A program made the translations under genes and the position numbers. Positions 36,778 through 49,693 of a DNA stretch of 64,000 nt are shown here, piece after piece. Source of the DNA: Psammoneis japonica (lineage: Eukaryota). The stretch covers positions 62,001 through 126,000 of the forward strand of contig QPGO01000058.1 in NCBI GenBank assembly GCA_008632985.1, written 5' to 3'. The notes beneath the pieces are model-generated. The model had not been told where the DNA came from and did no database searches. It saw only the letters and a list, made by a program, of their open reading frames with translations. Every line of letters starts with the position of its first letter. The first letter of the stretch is position 1.

Positions 36778-37701
36778 CCCAACCGATGAAATGCTTTTTT
36801 TGTTTAAAATGATGTTTACGAAAATTAACAAACCAAGGATTGTGTGGAAATGCAGTCGCGCATTGGCACATGGCAACAAGGTGGAGGCAGACACAGCGAT
36901 GTGGATGTGGTGAAAAACAGCACACATGATTCTTGATGAGTTGTTGCAACATTGGCACAGCAAACTTGTGACCAGAGGTTGGCCTTTCATCACATGACAA
37001 TGATGTTTTGCAACATTTTGACAAATTGTCATCATGCAAATCTACACATTTTTAACATTTCGTGCACTCTGATGTTCTTGACGTGGTGTCAGAATTTTGC
37101 TGAGGAAGTTTGCTGAGGATGCTGCTTTGCTGACACAGGGACTGTGGCAAAGGGCAGGAACACATGCTTCCAAGGCTCACAGTCAGCATCCAGCCTCTGC
37201 ACAAGCTCTTTGTACATCTGGGAGCAACAGGATGATGGTGACACGTAGTCCATCAACAAGCAAACGCACCGGCCTCGAGCTACGTACGACGTACGAACAG
37301 CACTAGTACTGAGACTCACGTAGCCTTCTACAGTCATATTTTTTGTCACATTCTGGCCTCTCGCTCGTCATTCCGCGCTTTTGGAGAGACAGGAGCGACA
37401 GACGGCAGATTTGGAGGCCGCAGCGCAAGTAAATTTCGGAAAGGTTGTTGTGTCCGTTCGTTTGATGGATGAGGATGTTAGGGTTGTTTGACATCATCCT
37501 TTACGAACATGACGATGCGTGCCAATAAATGTTGCCGAACATTTATGGTGTTGTTTTTATGTTCGGTTCGCATCTTGAATCTCCTACGAAAACAGACTTC
37601 CTTTGACACCCCCAGGCTTCTCGCTTCGCCTCGAGAGCAGCTGTGATCACAAATCACAAATACGATTGATTGAGAACACTAACAACAACGCTAACAACAA
37701 A

Positions 37702-40700
37702 ATGAAACACAGCTCTGTCCTACTTCTTTCCGGACTGCTCCTCTCTCCATCAACGTTGGCGAAGCGTGATGAGACTGTCAAGGAGCCTATCCGTGGATTT
37801 CTTCGCGGGCCTGAGGTGAGAATGTCGCAAAATGAGAGATGAGAATGGTACAATAAGTGTCAAGAGTGGAGTTCTCAAATAATTGTGTTCGATCGTGTCA
37901 ATGCTTTCCTACATAGGCTCGAGGAGAGGAACCTCCGGTCAATGACACGGACTACACTGACATTGCGGCGAAAGGGTCGGTCTACTCCAAAGACCCCAAG
38001 TTGGCTTTTCGTAGCCTTTACGATTCCAAGGTTAAAGGCTCGGATGGACTGTTGCCAGCAGACGACTCGAGCACTTTTACAACCCGTGCCACTGCTGCCT
38101 CCAAGCTAAGGGCAATCAGCACTCATGATGCTGTGAGAAGTGCGGTGTTTGGTGACGGCGCTGTGGCAGGTACAGGCTGTTTCGCAATCGTCAACAAACC
38201 CATTGAGAAGAACTACGCCGTCCCTAATGTCGAATCTGCCTTTGCAAATCTCGCCCATCAAGGAGAGTGGCAAGGTTTCTACCTAACCAGACACGAGAAA
38301 GACGGGAAGGTATTCGAGTTGTTCCCTGGGAATGCCAAATCTCATGTTCAGGGAGTCGCTCGCTCCCCGCGTACTGGTCAACCACCGGTGTTATACGTTT
38401 CCGTCAGTGCCCACGACACTTACCCTGATGGAGCCTATGGTGGTATCATGGTGGTACAGATGAACTCGCGTGAAGAATATGGTGAGCGAATGGGCTCCAA
38501 TCGCCTGCAGAAACTAGGCGGTGGTGATCCCCTGCAGAAAGTAGGTAAGATGGACGGAGACACCATGTTCACTTTGCCAGTCAAGGGGCCCTTATACATG
38601 CACGAGAGGAGGCTGGACAGAGTTGTCGATATCATCGAGACAAATAATGGCCACCCCTCTGGCATGTCAATGGTTGGAGATATTCTTGCGGTTCCCATGG
38701 CTGGGTTTGTCCATTTTTACGACTGTAGAGACCCGCTCAAACCGTATCGGATGGATTACGCACTTCCACTCATAGATTCTGAGGGAAACAGAACCGGGGC
38801 ACAAGGTGTGGCAATCACGAAACTGCCACCGAGGAATGCTTCCGACCCAAATGATCATGGACGCTTTCTGGTGATAGGAATTAGTGGCGGTGGTGCCCAT
38901 TTGTACGTCTCTTACGATGACAAGACAAGCTTCTTCGAAGAGGATGGCAATACACAGGTTGGAGATATCTTCTCTGAGTCATGCGACGATGCAACAAAAT
39001 GCAGTGAATGGAATGACACCAACTCCATGAAAAAAGACAATACTGAATCGGGTGTTAAAGGCATCAGGTACCGGGTCTTTGACTCGCAGTACAAATACTT
39101 TGATTACGAGAGGTACCTGAAGAAGTTGAAGTTGATGACAAAGCATGGCAAAGTTATAGATGCCTGGCCGACGAAGAACGACGACCCTAAAGACCCAAAG
39201 AACAGCCGCAGATTCCAGGGCCTGGACTTGGTGAACCAGGTGGACGGCAGTAGTCCCGAGAGAATATACCTCATGGGCTCGGACAACTCAAACGAATGGT
39301 CGCCTGTACAGTTGTTTTTAGGAGATGACGAGATTTATCTACTGGAAGTAGTCAATGGAGAACAGGATTGCCATTACGAGACAAACGACCCAAACCTCAA
39401 CTTGTGTCACGGATTGAGCAGTCTGAGTCCCTCCAACGTGAACATTCGAGGTATTGATTACGCCAAAATGGGAACGCGTAGTCCAGGTCACCGACATTCA
39501 AAATTGCACATACCAGGCTCGGACTTCCTAAGCGAGATTAAAAACAAAATTCCAAAGGCTTTGCGCTGGATTCTCGATGTGGTAGATAAGTGCAAGCCAG
39601 TTGTTCAAGACCCTCCCCAGTTTGAATACATGTATCAGGGCTGGGCTGAGAATGATATGTGCAAAGCGTTTGATTTTAAATTTAAGATATGGTTTTGAAG
39701 ATAAGGACTGTGTATTGCCCATGTTCATCTCCAAGCGTTGGAATGCAAATTTCAATGCAGGTGCAGGGGCATTTGTCAGTCCTACGGGAGAGCTACTTTT
39801 CTATTGAGTCCATCATTATGCAGATGGTGAGCTTTCTTACGGTGCACATCATAATCAAAGGGGTCGATGGAAAGAATTCCGTAAAGACGATTTCGTGAAG
39901 ATGGCGGAGTTTTCGCATAGGACTGTGTCTTCTGATGGCAAATGCGGTGTGCCCAAGGTCAGTGTCGGTGGTCCCTACGAGATAAGAGAGGGTGAAACTC
40001 TGCAAATGGATGGCATTGTCTACACAGTTGAACCTTGGGTCAGAATGTATGCGAGCGGCAGTTATACTGGAATGAGTGTCATGATGGATTGGCGGCATCA
40101 ACATGAAGATGACTATGATGACTTCAGGAAACTCGATGGCGAGAAAGGCGAGTGTGATAAGAAGGAGTGGTATTGTTGCAAGCTTAAGGACAAAACTTAT
40201 GTTGATGGTGCCAGATGTAAGGATGATCTGGAAGGATTTGGTAACTGCATGTCTTCACTGAGCTGGTGTGGTCCTCCAGGTGCGAGACTGGTGCTTTGCG
40301 TTAATGAGTGGGACGACGATTACAACAATGAAAATGGTTGCGCTCCTCCTGATGCAGGTGACCCCCCTACGGCTTTCTGGCTCGATGGTACCGGTCAGAC
40401 GGAGCATGTGAGCATTGATACCGGTAGCAAAAAATACTTCAATGACAGGATCAAATCCGCGAGGATTATTTGGAGGGATGCCAACGGAGTGGTACTTGAT
40501 CCCCGCGACGCCGCCGGTGCTAGCGGTGACTACAGTTGGACCCTTGGTGGCGACGCAAAGGGCGCTTTGCAGGAAGATTCGACTCTCCCCTATCGTGTGA
40601 CATACACGGCGCGAGGTGTCTCCACCAACGTTGTCACTTTGACGTACATGCATTTGCAGAATGAGTATACCACCAGCACCACTATCACGGTCCACAACGC

Positions 40701-42000
40701 GCCGCCTTCGATTCTGGACTTTCGTGTTACTACACTGCCGCCGCATTATGAGGGAGTGCTGACATTCCAGGGTAAATGGAGCGACCCGGGTTCGTCTGAG
40801 GTGAACGTGACGATTGATTGGGGTGACATGACGAATGACTCCGCTGTTCTCACTGGCGAGCTTCCCTCCGGCTTGTGCCCCAATTCCTACAACGGCACGT
40901 TTGACTTCCCCCACGTTTTCTCGCCTGGAGCCTATAACGTCACTGTGTGCGTGACGGACGACCACGGCGCTGAGACGTGCGATGAACCTCTGCGTGTGAA
41001 AATCCTTCATGAATTCGTACGCTCCTGTGTGTACGGTAATTGCGATGGAACGACAATAGAGAAGGACTCCATTGTAGATTGCCAAGTTGCTCCTGGCATC
41101 GGCAGCTATGACAAGGTTGACATCAAAGAGAACGTTACCATCAAGGGCTCTCTCTTTAGCATCAAAGACAAGATTGACATCGACAAGAAGAGCGCTGTGA
41201 CAGGCAATCTGGACGCTCTTAAAGATATTACCGTTGGAAAAGAGTCGCACATCAACGGCGACATCGCATCGAGAGAAGTGGAGGTGAAAGAGTATGCCCA
41301 GGTGGAAGGTAGTATCACTGGTGCCAAGGTGAAAGTCGAGAAAAACGCTATTGTGCAGGGCGATATTGGAGCTCCTAATGTGGACATAGCTTCGACTGCA
41401 ACTGTCCATGGCATTATTCATGACGCTCCCATTAAGGCGCCAGATATCCCAATGATTTCATGGGGGTCGATGTGCATGATGAAATCCAGCAGCGACGAGG
41501 ACTCCAGCGACGACGAGGACTCCAGCGATGAGGAAACTTGCACTCTCAAGGAATACGCCACCCTTGTTCTGCACCCGGGCATCTACAATGATACGAAAGT
41601 TGACAAGTGTGAAACTCTGTTGATCTCTGCAGGCGAGTATATGTTCGAATCACTCAAGTTGGAAAAGGCGGCTACACTTAGACTGAATTTCTACTTGGGT
41701 CCCATCATTGTCAATGTGCAAAAGAATTTGGAATTCAGTGAGGGAGTGCAGATGATGAACGACTTCTCTGGCGTGGGTGAACCGAGTGACATTCTGTTCC
41801 GTGTTGAAGAGGGCGACGTGGAACTGAAGAAGAATGGCAATTTCCTTGGTACCTTTTGGACTCTTGGTGGTAGCGTGAAGATGGGCAAGAATGCCACACT
41901 AACTGGAGCCATGTACGCTGCCAAGAAGGTCAAGGTGGAAAAGGAGTCGTACGTTGTTGGCGTTCCTGCGTCTACTGACCTCTTTGAATTGCTCTTGTGA
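37702..42000 (+). CDS. Large secreted multidomain protein (bacterial-like N-terminal region, PKD/Ig-like domain, C-terminal beta-helix-like repeats); intron 37816-37916; frameshift ~39680 and in-frame TGA 39805-39807
   Basis: Signal peptide MKHSSVLLLSGLLLSPSTLA. Exon 2 from 37917 is in frame with ORF 38001-39698. The next frame runs NFNAGAGAFVSPTGELLFY*VHHY...VKMAEF into ORF 39895-42000, with WSDPG..VTIDWGD..PGAYNVTVCVTDD. Confidence 0.65.
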
Positions 42001-43962
42001 GATGGTTTGGGAAACTGTCGCAGGGCCTTTTAGTGAAGATTAGTAGAGAGAGGTGCGTATCAAAGGACGAGTTCAATGAGATAAATGCGCCATTGATTCT
42101 TCGATTATTAGCAGACACTGGTCATGGATGGGTGAATGTGGCTGTGTGATAAACAATTAGACATTAACATCTTTTAGCTGAATGAATTTGCTTCTCATCA
42201 ATTTCGAAAGGCTCTTCGATTGCATTTTGCTTCTATGTGAAATGGAGTCAATGAAAAGGAAGACGGTTGTGAACACGAAACTGAGGTGGTGTGCTCATGT
42301 GGACATGGCCATCAAAGCAGATGTTGTGATGGTTTTGTGTGCTGTGCATTTTTGTGTCAATGATGACTGCACATTGTTGTTTGCACAGCACAAAGCAAGC
42401 TCATCATGTGAAACCAGACTGGAACGATGATCTTGCATTCACATGTCACTCGCTCTGCTGCCACCAATTTTCTGGTGATCAGCTCTGGCTGTCAATCAAG
42501 GGAGATGCTGCTTGTGATCAACAAATGTTTGACAGATGCACGTGCCAAACAAACCATTCCATCCATTTTGGAATTATGTGCATGCTTTTGATGGTGTCTC
42601 CAATGACCACCTCTGCTTTTGACTGTGGCACTCTAACTTTTTCATCAAGGTGTGTTTGTGGCTTGCCACCAAGAAGGAGCGTTGGGCAGAGCACTCTTGC
42701 TGCATGATGAGGGAGTTTGTTTTGAGCTCTCACACGATTTCAAATTGGCAATCCAGGCAACTGGTGGTGGACATGAGGTGTGCCAATTTGTGAAGCTGTG
42801 TTGCAGTGCACTGATTGCACTGCTGCTGCTGTGGCTCATTGCACTTGAAGCAGTTTGAAGAGACCATTTCTTTTGCATGAACGAGCATTGTTTCTTCTTC
42901 ACAAATTGGAAGCTTGTTTCTCTTTCTTGAGCAGTGTTGATCTCAATCACAACAGAAAGAGTTGCTTCAAGCTTTGTGGTGCTCATGAGTGCTGCATCAT
43001 GTTTGTTTTAGTTGAGACCCATGCTGATTTTTGATGCCGATGCTGTGCAGCAGCAGCTGATGCTCTTTTTGTGCAGGTTCAATTGTTTTGTGTCCCTCAT
43101 CTTTGTCAGGGAGTGCATTTTTGTTGTTCTGGCTGACCACTTTGGGGACACCAGGTGTTGGTGTCTCCAAATCTTTGGGTTGTTTTTGCAAGAAGAAAGA
43201 TCATGTTTTGATGGCCAACCACATGCTCTAATTTCTGCCAAGCCAAGTTGCAATCTAGAAAGATTGCCACATCACTGCTTGATTGCCGTGTTGACAGGAT
43301 GAGCAATCATGTTCAGTCCAGAGCAGACATTTGTGGTGAGATGAGAAATTGTGGCACCCACACTGAGAAGGAGCTCTGACTGGTTGCAGTTTAAACATTC
43401 TTGTGACTTGTGACAATGTGAGCCATGATCAATTCAAGAATCTTTCCATTGTCCAATCACAAGTTTGTGGTTTGGCATGTCAGCATCTCTCTGCAGCAGG
43501 AAAAAAATCAGCTCTTTGACGTGTCATTGTCACAAATGCAAGCAAGGTGCATCTGTGTTGGCAGGCAGAGAAATGACATTGACAAAAAATGACAAAACAA
43601 TTGTCATGTGCTCCCTGATGTTGCATGTTGAGGGAAACCCATTTTTTGTGCCGCAGTTGATGGCAAAAACTGGAGCTCATGTGCACTTGTGTTGCTGCTT
43701 CTTTGCATCATTTCTCTGCAGTCATTGTTGCTGTCATCACTGCTGCCATCCTTTTTTTTTACTTTCCACAAATGCGTGCATTCTTTGTGACTTGTGCACC
43801 CTCATTAATTTTGAATTCTTTGCTTGTGGGCCATCTGAAACAGATTTTCAACCCAACGGTGCTTCCAGTGATGAGATAAAGAAAGTGACATGAGGCCCCA
43901 CAGAAGGCAATCAAAAAATTCAAGCAAGCAAGAAAAGAAGCTGCTGGACCATCATTGCAGTC

Positions 43963-44020
43963 ATGGCCTTCATCTTGGTTTCAATGGCTGTTGTTGCTCC
44001 TGTTGTTCTGACTCAGTCTG

Positions 44021-44089
<69 letters not shown>

Positions 44090-45642
44090 CTTCTCTTCTC
44101 CTCAAAAATGTGATCAGAGAGTCATTGTTCAGTGAGGGAGACACACCTGCCCCCAGTGCAGTTGTTGCAGTGGACTTGTTTTTCCCATGAACTCTCCCAC
44201 CCATGGACCAAGCCTTTTGGAGTTAACACCAAAGAAATGATGCCTGAATTCTCACCCACTTCAGCATCAATTCTTCCACCATTGGCACTGACTTTGTCCC
44301 CATTGGCTGCTTCCACAAGCTCCCCCTCAACACCTCAAACTGCCACACTCCCAACAACTCCAGTGCTGACCACATTTTTGGCAACAACCTTGTCTCCTTC
44401 AGCTTCTCCAATGCCACCATCATCCTCCACACTGCTTCCAACTCTTGCACAAGCAACTTTGTTTCCTGTGGATTCTCCTTTGGTCATGACCATCATGTCA
44501 CCAACTGCACCTCCCCTTTTGATGCCTTGGAGACTTCAAGCAAGAATGCTGCCAAACAACATTGCATCATGTGATCACTTTTCAGTCCGAGTGTGATGGT
44601 CAGTGGAAACGCAACTGTGGTGGGTTCTCCTGCTGCTGCTGATGAGGATGGTGACAGAAGTGGCACTGCCTGTGTTCATTTGTGGAAGTGTGCATGTTTT
44701 TGTCCAGACAAGTGTCACACAGAGCCAACAGGGCAAACTGGTTGGCAGTGTGACCTGGCATTGTCACATGACTGCTCATCCTTCAACACAGCTGTCAGCA
44801 GCAACACGGTGCTCATTTCCTGTTCTTCTGATGATGGCCATGGCAAAAGCAGTGGTGGTGCTTCTGTCTTTGTTTGGTCTGGCTCAGCCTGGAGTCAACA
44901 AGCAAAATCACAGCCAATGATGCCATTGCCGGAGCAAAGTTCAGTTTTGACATTTCAGCCAGCAGCAACACTGCAGTTGTGGGTGCTCCACATTTCATGA
45001 CAAGGGTCAGGCACATGTTTGCACCAAGACAGGCTCAATGTGGAGCCAGCAGACCAAGTTGACAGCCAGTGGAACCATGAATCAAGTTTGCTCCTTTGGC
45101 TGCAGTGTTGGCATCAGTGGGGTGTGGTTGTTGTTGGGGCTCCTGCTGGCAGATTGCTGGCTTGCATTTTTAGGTTCACAAGCGGGGAATGGATTCAACA
45201 AGCATGTGGCCACAATCCAGAATGGGTGGATTTAGCTTGAGTGTGTCCATCAGTGAATACAGTGCCATTGTTGGTGCTCCACATGAGGACTCAAACCATT
45301 GAAGGGCCTTCATTCATGTCAGCAATGATGGGGGATTTTGGAGAATCAAAAAGCAACTTGCAGATTTGTCTTGTTGGGATGAGCATTGTGGTGACTGTGT
45401 TGACATCTCTGATGATGTGGCTGCAGTTGGCACATGTGAAAAAGATGTGGGCTCAAACAGTCCACAGGCTCAAGGGTGCCACAGTGGCACTGGCTTTGTT
45501 TGCAACAAATTTGCAGAACCAGTTGTTGCATGAAGAGCAAGGGGGCGGTCAGAGATGCAGAGCAGATTCTCAGTGTTGCAGTGGAAGGTGTCCTTTTGTT
45601 CTTTGTGTTTCAAGTGCATGTGAACAACAGCTGATGCCATGA
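43963..45642 (+). pseudogene. Degenerate secreted FG-GAP-repeat (beta-propeller) protein with Pro/Thr/Ser-rich stalk
   Basis: Signal-like start and P/T/S-rich segment. Fragments in shifting frames: VSGNATVVGSP, GKSSGGASVFVWSGSAWSQQAK, ITANDAIAGAKFSFDISASSNTAVVGAP, WSQQTKLTAS...FGCSVGISG. Confidence 0.7.
44021..44088. repeat. (AAC)n microsatellite, about 22 units
   Basis: Uninterrupted caacaacaa run. Confidence 0.95.
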
Positions 45643-46279
45643 AGCAACTGAAGAAGGCAGAAAGCTCTTGGGTGCATGCCCCTCAGCAAGAAATCTGCCA
45701 AGTGCTGCCAAATGACTTCATCCACACTTTTGAAATGTGGCAAATGGCAGTGTTCTTCTGACAAGCCATGCCATCAGCCCAAGTGACTGGCAAACAGACT
45801 TCTTGCAATGATGCTGACAATGCTGTCAACAACACAGGTGGTTGATTTGCCATTGACGGCACAAAACATGACAGCCTGACAGAACTTCCAATTTTGTCAT
45901 CAGAGCACGCAACATGGTGATCATCACACATCTTTTCATTGTGATTTTTGTTCCTTTCACAGACAATTTTTTTATGGTTTCAAACCTCATCAGTTGTGTG
46001 GCTGGCAATGACATGTCAACTGTGACAGATTAACATTTTTGTGCTGTGGGATCAGACCCCCCCTCCCTGTGAGAAAAAATGTTTCACCATGAAACAGGGA
46101 CACGTTTTCCCTGTGAGAGTGCCCACCCTCTATCCCTGCAAAACCTGTAAATTAAAATCATTTGCATTGCACCATGAACACTCCATTTTGTTGTTTACAT
46201 TTAAATTAAATGACGCCGATGGAGACAACACCCCAGAGTCTGCAGCAGTTGCAGCTCACTTTCTTCAAGTGCCACTGCT

Positions 46280-47400
46280 TGCAGCCACCTTGTTCATTGC
46301 CAAAAAAGTGCAGAATGCGTTGTGAGAGTACAATGTGGATGAACTGACACCACCAACAGGAACAGCAACATAGACTCACCGGTGCATCCGGCACCGCCGA
46401 TTCTGGAGCAGGTGAGTTTGTGGCAGCTGCTGCAGTTCTCTTTCTTGAAGAGCCACTGCCAGCACTGGCAGCCACCTTGTTCATTGTTGAACGGTGTAGA
46501 AAACGTTGTGAGAGTGCAACAAAGATGAGCCAACCACAGCCAATGGAGACGTCAATGCACAGACTTGCCTGTGTGTCCAGCGCCGCTGATTCCGGACCAG
46601 GTGAAGTGACACTGCTCTGATCCACCTTGTTCATTGCAAAGAAGTGTAAAATGCTTTGTGAGAGTGTGTAGGACAACAACAGCAACCAATTGAAACCGCA
46701 ACATGGACTTGCTGGTGCATCCACCGTGGCCGATTCAGTCGCTTCTGCCGCCGGTTCCCGACCCCGCGAAGCCGATTCAGGACCATGTGAAGCAACATTG
46801 CTCTGATCCACCTCATTCAGTGCAAAGAAATGCAAGGTGCTTTGTGAGAGTGCACGGGACAACAACAGCAACCAATTGAAACCTCAACGCAGACTCACAG
46901 GTGCACCCGCCGCCGCCGCCGATTCGGGAGCTTCTGCTGCCGGTTCCCGACCCATCGACATGGAATTGGCAGCTGCTGCGGTTGTTGCAGTCGACCCCCC
47001 CCCTGCTGCTCTTGACTGCAAACAGCGGAGAGACTTGGGAAGCCTTTAAAAATGAGCCCAATGACTCAGGCAACCTCCAATGGGTTGCCTCCCCACTCTC
47101 TGCCTCTCAGTCTTTCTGGATCTGGACACAGAAATTGGAGAAGACGGATGCAACGTAAGTGAACACATCAAAAACAAATGAAGCTCTTTTTGTGCATGCC
47201 TTTTTTGAAGAGTGTCACACATGGTAAAGAACTTTTCACATGAGTGATTCTGAGAGCTGCAGGAACAAGCACCGCCTGCAGTCTTTCTGGGTCTGGACAC
47301 AGAAATTGGAGAAGACGGATGTGTTGTTGGCGAATGCATCAAAAACCAATGAACCTCTTTTTGCACATGCCTTGTTTGGACAGTGTAATTTATGGCAACT
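46280..47400 (-). repeat. Tandemly repeated modules resembling exon+intron units
   Basis: ccacctYRttcaKtg...tgtgagagt recurs at ~46286, ~46473, ~46622 and ~46808, with agactcac (GTGAGTCT donor on minus) between units. A second unit cagtctttctggRtctggacacagaaattggagaagacggatg occurs at ~47108 and ~47279. Confidence 0.7.
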
Positions 47401-49693
47401 TGTGATGATTCTGGATGCAAAACTCTGACGTGCGCGATTATGACAATGCTGTAGAAAAGCAAGTTTGTGACGTGCGTGCACACAACACACAACAACACGC
47501 CAGCAGCTCAGCATTCTGGACGCGGCAGATTCGTGACAGCACACTCGCGATCCCAAAATTCAAGCTGCGCCTGAACAAAACCCCATCTTGACCAACCAGA
47601 AGGATGGCAGGTATCACCACATGTTGAGCTGCTGTCATCGGCCAATGGGGTGAAGTCTTTCACCACCATGGCTGGTTGTCGATTTGCAGATTTGCGACCA
47701 CACGTAGGATCCACGTGAATCACAACAGCACGCGCTCTCGTTTTTCAAACTTTGGGGAGAGGGTGCACTGTTATGAAATGTGTAGAAAATTGTGCATGTA
47801 AAACACATTCTGAAAACGCCGTAGACCAACGGGCTGTGCAAAGTGAAGAAAAATGAAGGTGGGTCACGTGTGTGCGTGAAGTGCTGCAGACTGCACACGT
47901 GCAAAGACACACACACGTGAGTGAGGAGGACAAAGTTAAAACCAAGTTCAAATTGATTACGATCAAAAGGAAACCAAACCATGCACAACAAAAAACAGAT
48001 TTTGACCCTAATTAAATTAAACATTGCATGCATTTGATTGAAGCTTGTGCAAGAAAAGTTAATGAGACATCAGATGAAATGCAAAAAACAGCTTCATTTG
48101 ACAATGCACACTCAAAATTTTACAAAGGAAAGTGGAAACCACTACATTGCCACCTCTGATGGTTAAGATTGCAGCATCCATTAAAAAGGCAGCCTGTTGG
48201 CACTTGTGGATTCCCCAAACTGCCTTGAATCTGTCAAGTTGCACGCAAAGCATGACAACCATGGCAACTTCAGACAATCCAGGTGAGTGGCTGGCGCACC
48301 ATGTGCTCTTGTGAGCTGTGTTCACCTGTCTCTGATGATTGACATCATGTGAGCTTGGACTCATGTTGGAGGCAAAATGTGTTTCAGAGAAAGAACGATG
48401 TGCATGTTGACTTTCATCCTCCAAATGCATCCATGCTCATGCTCTGCTGCTTTGTTTTCTGTCTTTCTTGTGGAGCACATCCAGGCAAGAAACTGGACAT
48501 GAAGCTTGAGATGCAAAATGAAAAAGGTCAATGTGGCCACAAAAAGGCAAGGAGTTCTGAGAACATGCTGCTTTCTGCCATCATGCTGCAAGCCAGAAAT
48601 GACACTGACCACTGGATTTTTGACTCATGCTCTGACTTGTGCAAGTTTGTTGCTGACCCAAGAAGTGCTGGGAAGAATTTTCAATGGTGCCCAATGGGAG
48701 CATGGCATCAACAAGCCCTCTGCTGTCTTTTTGGGTTAGAAGCCCTCCAGATGTCTTTGAGTCAATGTCAACTCCATCGTGCAAATCACACCATCATAAT
48801 TCAACCCTCTCCCCAAGATTCTTGGGATCTCCAGCACAAGCAATTTCATGAATGCTTCAAGCCCATGATCCATTTCATGCTGCTGGGTCAGCTGTAAATT
48901 TTTGCATCACCAGAACCAATGAGACAGCACTTGGCTGCTTCCATCAGCACAATCACTTTGGGGTGATTGTGCTTGGCTGCTGCTGCTGCACTTTGTTTGT
49001 TGTGAGGGGCACAAGGGCAGTGAGAAGCCATGAGTCCAGCAAACAAACAAACAGAAAGGCACTGCACCCCCCTTTGCACAACAATTGCATGCAGCCTTGA
49101 GCCAAAGCCATGAAGCAAGTCATCAACGAATGCCTCGACACTGTTGCCAGCATGCATGCTCTGTGGTTGAGCAGCAAGGAGGATGGGGTCAAGTGTTTCT
49201 GGAGCAAAACGTGTGCATGCTTGGCAGGTCCAGGACGGCAGCAGCAGTGGCAGCAGCAGTGCCAGCAGCATTGGTTGAGGCTGGCAAAAGCACTTTGTCA
49301 GCAGCTTGCAAGACTTCTGAGGGTGCTGTGGCTCATGGCACCAGTTGAGGATGTGTGGACATGCTCCAGCTCTAGGTGGGACCTTGCACTGCTGCACTGT
49401 GACATCAACAGTTTTTTGGATCGCATCGCATGTCGCGCACGCACATTTCTGCGTGTCATGTTCTACGAAATTGTTTCATGCTCCCTGTTTTGCGAAGCCA
49501 AAGGCTTTCTATTTTCAACATTTGTGAGAACAAAAATGTGCTGGGCACATTCTTTAATGTCTGTAGAACACACCTGGGCAAACTGTCAATGATGCACTGC
49601 AAGCATGAAGGAGGAGATGCATTCGTAAAATTGCCTCTTTTTCTGTTGGCGATCATTTGCATTTTCATGCAGCACAAATTTGCTGCGGAGCTC

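Larger units (their letters stand above)
29638..37074. mobile_element. Full-length (7.4 kb) Plavaka/CMC-like DNA transposon, hypermutated
   Basis: Perfect 15-bp TIR CATCAGAGTGCACGA at 29638-29652, with its reverse complement at 37060-37074. Flanked by TT on both sides (possible 2-bp TSD). Internal transposase and accessory ORF remnants. Confidence 0.8.

Noticed and set aside
39805..39807. In-frame TGA as selenocysteine or read-through
   Set aside because: No redox motif context, no SECIS recognised, and a nearby frameshift points to decay or error instead.
40255..41421. 388-aa minus-strand ORF
   Set aside because: Antisense shadow of the plus-strand coding region; no recognisable motifs.
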